Positions 55,915 through 64,000 of a stretch of 64,000 nucleotides of DNA are shown here, in pieces; the stretch's first letter is position 1, and every line of letters begins with the position of its first letter. Made by a program: the position numbers and the translations under genes. This stretch comes from an uncultured Gemmatimonadales bacterium. Its GTDB lineage: Bacteria; Gemmatimonadota; Gemmatimonadetes; Gemmatimonadales; GWC2-71-9. The notes beneath the pieces were generated by a model that worked only from the letters and a program-made list of their open reading frames with translations, was not told the DNA's origin and did no database searches. The stretch is taken from contig CAVUAK010000002.1 of NCBI GenBank assembly GCA_963739455.1, positions 160,001 to 224,000 on the forward strand. Direction: 5' to 3'.

Positions 55915-57992
55915 TGGTCGACGGCGAAGTGGCGCGCGATGCGCTGCAGCTCGGTCGCCACCTCACCCAGTTCACGGATCGCGCCCTCGAGGTCGGCCTG
56001 CCCACGCGCCGCGCTCGTCGCCTGCTCCGTGAGCGCGTTGGACTCTTCCCTGGCCCGCCGGGCCACCATGGCGACGCGCTCGATCTGGCTCGACAGCGTG
56101 TCCACCTGGCGCCGCTGCTGCGTCGCGGTTTCCGCGATGCGACTGGCGTGCTCGCCTGCCTCACTGGTGGCGCGGCTGATGGCATCGAGGGCAGTCGCGG
56201 CGTCGGTGCTGAGCTCCTCGACGCCGCCCACGATTTCCTGTCCCCGGCGCATCTGGGTGGTGACGCTTTCAACCTGGGCGCCGATCTCGCTGACGAGGGT
56301 ACCGGCTTCCCTGGCCGCGTGCAGGCTCTGCGCCGCGAGGTTCCGCACTTCTTCGGCCACGATGGCGAAGCCACGCCCCTCACGACCGGCGCGGGCCGCC
56401 TCGATGGCGGCGTTGAGCGCAATGAGATTCGTGGCGTCGGCAATTTCACGGATGGTGCCGATGAAGCCGGTGATGCGACGCGTCACCTCGCCCAGGGCCG
56501 CCACCTGGTGCGAGCTGTCGGCCACGAATTCCTTGAGGTTGACCAGCCGCGAAATGGCGTCGCCAATGACGATGCGCTTCTGCATCGCCACCTCGGCCGC
56601 GTCCCGGCTCGTCTTGGCCGCCGCCGCTCCCTGGTCCGTCATCGCCTGCGAATCGCGGGCGAGGGCCGCGGTGGCGTCGAGGCCACCGCGCACGAACGCG
56701 TCCTGCTCCGCCACCGTACGCTGGATGGCCCCAGACGCCTGGGTCAGCGCCGCGGCCGATGTGCGCAGCGACTCGGTAGCCCGCGCGAGAGCCGCGACCT
56801 GCTGGCTGATCTGCTCGACCGTGCTCACCAGCGGGCGTCGCAACTCGGCGATGTGGATCGCTGTCGCCACCTGCGCTGCGATCGTGCTCACCGCCGAGAG
56901 GTCCTTGGGGCCGTAGGCATTTCGCTTGAAGTGATCGATCTCGAAGGTGCCGAGGAGGTCGTCGCCGAAGCGCACGGGATAGATGAGGATGCTCTGGACA
57001 TCGGGATCCGCGGCGCTGATGCGCGGATCACGCCCGGCATCACGGATCATGACGGGCCGCGCGGTGGCGACCACCTCGCGGCGGAACGTCGCCAGCTCGG
57101 GAATCAGTCGCTCCCGGTTCGGGCGGCCAATCCTTCCCCGGTAGGCCAGCGTCACCTCGGCCCCGTTCCAGCGACACACCCGATAGTCGCCCCAGTCCAG
57201 CAGCCGGTAGGCCAGGCGCTCGATCTGCTCGAACGAACCGTGCAGGCCGGCGTTCCCCGTGATCGCCGACTCCATGAGGTGGATCTTGTTCAGGTCCTCG
57301 GCGGCAATCGCCTCCTCGAGGATGCGCTTCGTGAGCATGCCGATGGCCGTGAGTACACCCGCCACCGCCACCCATCCAGCCGGGGAGAGCGACTGCAGTG
57401 CCGCGATGACCACCACGCAGGCCCCGAGCGTGAGCAGCATCGACACCACTTCCCAGCGCAGGATGAGCAGCTGCTCCACCTGCTCCAGCTTGTCGCGCAC
57501 CAGCAGCGTGAAGTAGAACAGCGCCCGCGATGCGAGGAAGTACATCGCAACCAGGCTGAAGCCCGCAGGGAGGAAGTCGAGCGAGAGGCCCGGGCTGCCA
57601 CTCGCCTGCATCACCGCGGCGTAGACGCCGAAGGCGCAGGTGAAGGCGATGATCTCGCGGCCCGCATTGATGAATGCCACGCGCTGGGACTTGCGGAGCC
57701 AGATCGTGTCGGCGCCGATGACCCCCACGAGGATGGCCAGTACCACCGACGACGGCCCGACGGCCAGCGCACCCACCAGTACCGGTACCGCCACCTGCGT
57801 GAGGTAGGAGTACTTGCTGAGACGAACCGGGTACGCGCGCAGGAACGTGACCGAGGCAATCAGCGCCAGGCTCGAGATCGGCGCATTGATGAAGCGCTGG
57901 TCGGTCAGCAGGACCGCGGCGGCGAGCGCAATCCCGCCGATGGCGAGAAAGCGGGCATACAGGTCGATGACGCGATTGAGGCTCTGGCTCAT
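55911..57992 (-). CDS. Methyl-accepting chemotaxis protein with multi-TM N-domain and GAF domain
   Basis: About 7-8 TM helices, GAF (DA..DPR...S.LI.P...LLG), MCP core [33 protein letters not shown]. Confidence 0.92.
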   Translation of the reverse strand: MSQSLNRVIDLYARFLAIGGIALAAAVLLTDQRFINAPISSLALIASVTFLRAYPVRLSKYSYLTQVAVPVLVGALAVGPSSVVLAILVGVIGADTIWLRKSQRVAFINAGREIIAFTCAFGVYAAVMQASGSPGLSLDFLPAGFSLVAMYFLASRALFYFTLLVRDKLEQVEQLLILRWEVVSMLLTLGACVVVIAALQSLSPAGWVAVAGVLTAIGMLTKRILEEAIAAEDLNKIHLMESAITGNAGLHGSFEQIERLAYRLLDWGDYRVCRWNGAEVTLAYRGRIGRPNRERLIPELATFRREVVATARPVMIRDAGRDPRISAADPDVQSILIYPVRFGDDLLGTFEIDHFKRNAYGPKDLSAVSTIAAQVATAIHIAELRRPLVSTVEQISQQVAALARATESLRTSAAALTQASGAIQRTVAEQDAFVRGGLDATAALARDSQAMTDQGAAAAKTSRDAAEVAMQKRIVIGDAISRLVNLKEFVADSSHQVAALGEVTRRITGFIGTIREIADATNLIALNAAIEAARAGREGRGFAIVAEEVRNLAAQSLHAAREAGTLVSEIGAQVESVTTQMRRGQEIVGGVEELSTDAATALDAISRATSEAGEHASRIAETATQQRRQVDTLSSQIERVAMVARRAREESNALTEQATSAARGQADLEGAIRELGEVATELQRIARHFAVDH

Positions 57993-58783
57993 GCCGCCGC
58001 CTCCGTCCGATCCACGGCACCCCGCAGGCTCGACAGCAGCTCGCGGACGCCGGCCACACCGTCTGCCGCGAGGCGATCGACCAGCGCACTCCCGACGACA
58101 ACACCATCGGCGAGCCGCCCCACCCTCGCGGCCTGCTCCGCCGTCGAGATGCCGAAGCCGACCGCGATCGGGAGCGGAGACGCCGCGCGCACCCGGGCAA
58201 TCGACGCTTCGAGGTCGGAGGCAAGCGTCGCGCTTGCGCCGGTAACCCCGAGGCGGGAGACGAGGTACAGGAAGCCCTGCGCCCCCGCCACGGACCGCGT
58301 GAGCCGGTCCGGCCGCGTCGTGGGAGCGACAAGCCGAATCAGGTCGAGCGAACTCCGCTGCACCTGCTGCTCGATGCCCGGGTCACTTCCCGAGGGGAGG
58401 TCGGTGAGGAGCAGGCCCGCGATGCCCAGGCTTGCCGCGTCGCGGAGAAACCGCTCGATGCCGTACCGCATGATCGGGTTGAGGTAGCTGAAGATCACCA
58501 CCGGCCGCGACAGGCGGGCCTGTTGCACGAGCTCGAGCGTGCGCGGCAGTGTCATGCCCTGCTCCAGCGCGGCAAACGTGCTCCGCTGGATGGTGGGCCC
58601 ATCGGCCAGCGGATCGCTGAAGGGCACACCCACCTCAATGATGTCGGCGAGGGCGTCGGCGACCTGCAACGCCTCGCGGCTCACCTCGTAGTTCGGGAAC
58701 CCGGCTGTCAGGTAGGTGACGAGTCCGGGGCGGCGAGCCGCCCGCAGCCGGGCCCACGCGGCCGCGATCGGGGCGTCAGACAA
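57989..58783 (-). CDS. trpA: Tryptophan synthase alpha chain
   Basis: [47 protein letters not shown]. Confidence 0.97.
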   Translation of the reverse strand: MSDAPIAAAWARLRAARRPGLVTYLTAGFPNYEVSREALQVADALADIIEVGVPFSDPLADGPTIQRSTFAALEQGMTLPRTLELVQQARLSRPVVIFSYLNPIMRYGIERFLRDAASLGIAGLLLTDLPSGSDPGIEQQVQRSSLDLIRLVAPTTRPDRLTRSVAGAQGFLYLVSRLGVTGASATLASDLEASIARVRAASPLPIAVGFGISTAEQAARVGRLADGVVVGSALVDRLAADGVAGVRELLSSLRGAVDRTEAAA

Positions 58784-60246
58784 AGTAGTTGCCGACGGTC
58801 AGGCCGTAGCGTGTCGGGTTGGTCACCTTCACGATCGACCGCACGAAGTGCCCCGGCCCATCCTGGTCCGCCAGGTTGACGAGCGTGCCCGGCGCCGGCA
58901 CCGCGCCACCATTCACGTCGATCGCGATCCGCACCAGCGGACGGTTGAGCAGCGTGGCGTCGGGATTCGGCGCGTACACGATGGCCACTTCGAGGGTATC
59001 GAGGATGACGCACGTCCCGACCGGGATAGATGCCGATGAGGTTGATCAGCGCCTTCACCAGGATCAGGTCGTAGCCGCGCTTCGGGTTCTCCCACATTTC
59101 GCGGAGCACCTGGTCGGGCTCGATCGGGATCGTCTGGTAACTCCGACGCGTGGTGGCGGCATCGAACCCGTCGGCCACCGCCACAATGCGCGAATAGAAC
59201 CCGAGCTGGCGCGGACGGATCGGCTTCGGATAGCCGGTGAGGTCCGTCTTCATGTGGTGCTCGTGGGCCACGAGGATCGCCCGGTACGGGATCTCATCGT
59301 ACCCCCGCAACCCGAACAGCGTGAGGCCCCCGAGCCAGGGATGCGCCTGCATCGCCTTCCACTCGGTGTCATCAAGGCTGGTGGTCTTGTTGAGGATCTC
59401 GTGCGACACGCGCGCCTTGCCCAAGTCGTGCATGAGCGCCGTCATGCCAAGGTCGTAGAGCTGCAGGCGGCTCAGGCTGAGCTTCTTCCCCAGCGCCACC
59501 GAGAAGATGCACACGTTCACCGAGTGGGTGAACGTGTACTCGTCGTAGTCGCGGATGGTGGTGAGGCCCACGATCGAGGTCTCGTTGTTCAGCACCTGGT
59601 CCACGATCATCTGCACGGCGCGCTTCACCTTCTTGGCCCCGCTCGCCCGGCCCATCCGGATACTGGTGATCACCTCGCGCGTCACCGCCACGCCCTGGGC
59701 ATAGGTGCGCTTCGCGACTTCCTTCTGCCGCTCCTGGTCCTCGAGGTTCTCCTCGCTCGGCTGGGCCAGCTCGATCTCGAGGTGGGTCACCCCTGCCCCC
59801 TCGAGCCGGCTGCGCACCTCCTCGTACACGCCCTCGATGCCCGCGCGTGGCTGCAGGCTGAGGAGCACGCTCAGGAAGGCCTGCCATTCCCGCCGCTCGA
59901 CGCCGGGATGTACCCGGACGACACCGATCTCGTAGGCCCGGAACTGCGCGAGGATCTGGCTGAACGACGCGTAGTTGTCGAGTTCGAGGCGGAGGCGTGT
60001 CTGGTTGATGAAGATGAAGTCGCCCGCCAGGCGGATCTCGACCTCGGTCTCGGTGCGCAGGATGGTGACGGCAGTTCCCTGCAGGTCGTCGAGCGCCTTC
60101 TGCACCGTGGCATTCTCGACGGGATAGAGCTTGAGGCTCCGGAGTGCCGCGTACAGGTCGAGCAGCAGCCCGCGCCCGGCGGTGCGCAGTGCGCCGTCCT
60201 GCGACGGCGGTTCGCCCTGGCGCTGACCCGGCATGCCGGTGCTCAT
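58776..60246 (-). CDS. HD-GYP domain phosphohydrolase; frameshift near 59025
   Basis: [24 protein letters not shown]....[18 protein letters not shown]. Confidence 0.9.
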
Positions 60247-61929
60247 GCCGCCGGCTGGCCCCGAAGCGCACGGCTCACCGCCTGGCGCACGACGAGGTCC
60301 TTGTCGTCGACCACCTTCTGCAGCACTGCGCGGGCCTCCGGCGTGCGGATGCGGCCGAGCGCCACCGCCGCACAGGCGCGCGTCTCCGGTCCCGCCTTGT
60401 AGCCGAGGAGGCCGCGCGTGAGCAGCATGCTCTGAAGCGTCGGAGATGGCGGTGGGCCCGGCGATGGCGCCGTAGGCCTCGAAGAACGCCATCTTCTCGG
60501 TCAGGTCGAGGTCCTTGCGTTCCGACTTGCCGAGAATGACGGGTTCGATGCGCTTCAGGGCATTGCGGATGCCGCGGGCGCCCATCGCGCGCACCGCCGC
60601 CAGGCGCACCGAGCGGTCGTCGTCGTCGATCGCGAGTTCCATGGCGGTCAGCGCACCGGGAGACGCCACCTCGGCCAGCGCCAGGACCGAGGCGAGGCGT
60701 ACCACCGGATCCGGCGAGCGCACCGTCTCGCCCAGGCCCGGCACGGCGCCCTGCAGCTTCAGTCGCCCGCACATCTCGACGACTTCCTTCACCGCAGTGC
60801 CAGTGGGATCGCGCAGCAGCTTCAGCACCTCGGCCGGGGAGCTCGCCGCGATGCGATCGGCCGCCTGCTCCAGCAGCTCGCGCACATGCGCATTGTTGAG
60901 CGTCGGCAGCCAGGTGACGATGGCCCCGAGCGCCGATGGGTGAAGTTCGCGCAACACCTCGGTGACATCCTCGTCGCCGGCCAGCGCGGCTGCGCCGTCG
61001 AGCGACACCATCAGCTGGCGCACGATCTCGGGCTCGCTCAGCTTCGCCTCGAAGGCGAGCAGCCGGTCGCGCAGCTCGGTGGAAAGGTGCGGAGCCTTCT
61101 GTACGAGGGAGCGTACGTCGCGCATGACCGACGCGACGGCGCGGAACTCGCCGGCATTGAGGAGGTTGGGCAGCAGCGTCTCGAGGACACCGATGATCTC
61201 GTCCCGGATCGCCCGGTCCGATTCCATCTCGAAGATGTCGTAGAGGGCGGCGAGGGCGCTGGCACGCGCGTCGCGCGCGTACTCCTGGCGAAGCTGCTCC
61301 GCCACGGCGGCGATCTCGTTCTCGTCCAGGAAGTAGAGCGTGCTGTCGAATTCCTCGAGGTCGACGATCCCGCCCGGCTTGGGCGGCGCCTCCTCGCGCA
61401 CCTGCTGCTGCACCTGCGCCGCCGACGTGGCGGTGTTGCCCCCCATCGCGCCCATCGCCTCGGGCACGACCTCGTCCCCGAAGCCCTCGACGAATCGGTA
61501 CGCGATGTGGTTGAACTCCTGTTCCCACAGCAGCGTCAGCAGGTCATCGCTCGCATCCTGCTGCATGAACCGCGCACGATTGACCACCTCGAGGAACCGG
61601 ATGATCTCCTCTTCCTCGACACCCTTCCGCAGGGTCAGCACCCGCATGCCGTCCTTGTACAGCGTCCAGGCGAGGCTCTCGGTCTTGGTGAGCTGGTGGT
61701 ACACCACCTGCTCCTCCCAGATGAAGTCGGTCTCGGCCACCTGCAGCACGAGGTCGTCGAGCACGGGCCAGATCGGGGCGAAGCCCGCGCGCACGTTCTG
61801 GCTGGCGCGCTGGTACATCGGGTTGTTGGGGAGGTACATCTGGAAGGCGCGGAGCGCCTTCACCAGGCTCTGGATGAGCTCGGAGACCTGTGAGGTCGGC
61901 AGGATCATCTCGTTCGGGCCGGCGGTCAC
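60243..61929 (-). CDS. HEAT-repeat protein; frameshift near 60435
   Basis: All-helical, C-terminal HEAT/PBS repeats ([43 protein letters not shown]). Confidence 0.85.
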
Positions 61930-63129
61930 GCCTTCTCCCCGAGGATGGACGCGACGTGCGCGACGTCCTTGTCCCCGCGTCCGCTGAGACAGACGAGCAC
62001 CGAGGCGTCCGGCGCCCGCATCACCGCGCTGGCGAAGCAGCCACGCGAATGCGTGGGCCGTTTCCAGCGCGGGAATGATCCCCTCGAGCCGGCAGACCGC
62101 CTGGAACGCCGCCAGTGCCTCGGCATCGTTCGCGGTTTCGTAGCGCACGCGCCCGCTGTCGTGCAGCCAGCTGTGCTCTGGTCCCACGCCGGGATAGTCT
62201 AGTCCGGCCGACACCGAGTGCGCGGGCGACACCTGACCGTCGGCGTCCTGCAGCAGGTAGCTCAGGCTTCCGTGCAGGACGCCCGGGCGGCCGGCGGTGA
62301 GCGTGGCACTGTGGCGGTGCCCTTCCAGTCCCTCGCCGGCCGCCTCCACGCCAATCAGTTCGACTTCCGGGTCATCGAGGAATGCCGCGAAGACGCCGAT
62401 GGCATTCGAGCCACCGCCGACGCAGGCCACCACACTGCGAGGCAGCGCGCCGGTGCGTGACAGCATCTGTGCCCGCGCCTCCCGGCCGATGACCGACTGG
62501 AAATCACGCACCATGCGCGGGTACGGATCCGGTCCGACCACGGAACCGATGATGTAGTGCGTGGTGGGAACATTGGTGACCCAGTCGCGCAGCGCCTCGT
62601 TGGTGGCATCCTTGAGCGTGCGAGTGCCCGACTCGACCGGCACCACGGTGGCCCCAAGGAGCTGCATGCGATAGACATTGAGCGCCTGCCTTGAGACATC
62701 TTCCGCGCCCATGTACACGACGCACTCGAGACCGAACCGCGCGCAGACGGTGGCCGTTGCCACCCCGTGCTGGCCAGCGCCCGTCTCGGCGATGATGCGG
62801 CGCTTGCCCATGCGAAGCGCGAGCAGCGCCTGCCCGATCGTGTTGTTGATCTTGTGCGCGCCCGTGTGGTTGAGGTCCTCACGCTTGAGCCACACCGGCA
62901 CGCCGACCTGCTGTGAAAGCCGCGGCGCTGGCGTCAGGGACGACGGACGACCCGCGATGTCGGCGAGGTATCCCTCAAACTCGGCCCAGAACGACGCATC
63001 CTGCCGCGCGACGTCATACAGCTCCGCCAGGTCGTCCAGTGCAGCCACCAGCGTCTCGGGCACGTATCGACCACCATAGGGGCCGAAACGTCCCACGATG
63101 CCGCTGTCTGGCGTCACGCTAACCGTCAC
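61926..63129 (-). CDS. trpB: Tryptophan synthase beta chain; frameshift near 62030
   Basis: [51 protein letters not shown]. Confidence 0.97.
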
Positions 63130-63751
63130 GGGCTACCTCCAGAAACCGGGCCAGCCGGGTGGCATCCTTGAGACCGGGTGCTGATTCCACCCCTGAACTT
63201 ACATCAACGATGTCGGGAGAAACGAGGGCAATCGCGCGCGCAAGCGTGTCGGGCCGGAGCCCGCCCGCCAATGCCATCCGCGCCCGCCCGATCCGGGCGC
63301 GCGCCGCCTGGGCCAGCGACAGGTCCAGCGCCACGCCAGTGCCGCCAACCGCACCCGGCACTCGCGGCTCGATCATCACTACGTCGGCACCATCTGCCTG
63401 CTCCAGGAGCCGATCGACATCATCAGGGCCATCGATGTGCTGCACCGCCCAGGCTGGCAGCTTTTCCCGCCGAAGCCGCATGCGCGCGGCCGCGTCATAG
63501 GCACCATGCAACTGAACCGCGCTGAGCCCGGCGGCATCGCGGAGCCGGAGAATCTCGTCGACGGCGTGCGAGACGAAGACGCCGACCACCGGCACGCCTC
63601 CACCGGCAGCCACGATGTCCCGGGCCATCGCGGGGCCCACTTGCCTGGTGCTCTCGGCGAAGACGACGCCGAGATACGCGGCACCCAGCCTGGCGGCGAG
63701 CGCGGCGTCGCCAGGACGGGTGAGACCGCAGATCTTGGCGTCAACGGCCAC
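63119..63751 (-). CDS. trpF: Phosphoribosylanthranilate isomerase
   Basis: [37 protein letters not shown]. Confidence 0.95.
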   Translation of the reverse strand: MAVDAKICGLTRPGDAALAARLGAAYLGVVFAESTRQVGPAMARDIVAAGGGVPVVGVFVSHAVDEILRLRDAAGLSAVQLHGAYDAAARMRLRREKLPAWAVQHIDGPDDVDRLLEQADGADVVMIEPRVPGAVGGTGVALDLSLAQAARARIGRARMALAGGLRPDTLARAIALVSPDIVDVSSGVESAPGLKDATRLARFLEVARDG

Positions 63752-64000
63752 GACGCGCGACTCCGGCAAATTGGCGCGCCAGTCCGGCGGGATCGTCCGT
63801 GGCGCTCAACGCCGTGCCGATCAATGCCGCATCGGCCCCGGCCGCGGCCGCCTGGGAGACATCTTCCACGGTAGACATGCCACTCTCGGCGACGGCGACA
63901 ATGCCCTGCGGCACCAGGGCAAAGAGTTGCCACGCAGCGCGGACGTCAATGCGGAAGGTATCGAGGTCGCGGCTGTTGACGCCGACGATCTCGGCCCCCG
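63741..64000 (-). CDS. trpC: Indole-3-glycerol phosphate synthase, C-terminal part (truncated by window edge)
   Basis: Manual translation: GAEIVGVNSRDLDTF...VAESGM...GADAALIGTAL. Confidence 0.9.
   Translation of the reverse strand, partial: GAEIVGVNSRDLDTFRIDVRAAWQLFALVPQGIVAVAESGMSTVEDVSQAAAAGADAALIGTALSATDDPAGLARQFAGVARRGR

Noticed and set aside
55914..58487. Long antisense ORFs (857 aa here; also 12949-15036, 43872-45437, 49661-51343)
   Set aside because: Shadow ORFs opposite well-supported genes, expected from GC3 bias
58708..63129. 1473-aa ORF appearing to fuse TrpB, HEAT and HD-GYP
   Set aside because: The true TrpB end (LSGRGDKD...*, 61926) and HEAT end (60243) are in other frames with normal overlapping stop/start codons, so single indels create the apparent fusion

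Overview
GC-rich bacterial chromosomal window with about 55 genes, mostly on the minus strand. Gene content and protein style suggest Gemmatimonadota (inference). Many genes, including essential ones such as aspS and ybeY, are broken by single-base frameshifts, which points to assembly or sequencing error rather than true pseudogenes. Contents in order: icmF end; three small beta-barrel OMPs, enoyl-CoA hydratase, a lipoprotein TPP II-like subtilase and an acyl-CoA carboxyltransferase; a GGQ-less aeRF1-fold protein, SulP, AarF kinase, MgtE, two CorC/CNNM genes, ybeY, phoH, aspS; a sulfatase/HAD module; rlmN and small accessory genes; a cyanophycin operon (iadA-cphB-cphA1 plus a CphA paralog lacking its ATP-grasp domain) followed by a structured ~120-nt non-coding element; an M23 peptidase and a Ser/Thr kinase; a compact serine-cycle cluster (sga-mcl-mtkA-mtkB-hpr-ppc with divergent gck) next to FTCD; and a trpC-trpF-trpB-HEAT-HD-GYP-trpA-MCP-folK-panBCD-yqeK-LytR_C run. 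The strongest leads are the serine-cycle island, the ATP-grasp-less cyanophycin synthetase paralog, the structured RNA candidate, and the HEAT/HD-GYP pair sharing an N-terminal domain inside the trp operon. I saw no rRNA, tRNA, CRISPR array or intact transposase. All calls come from reading motifs by eye; no searches were run.
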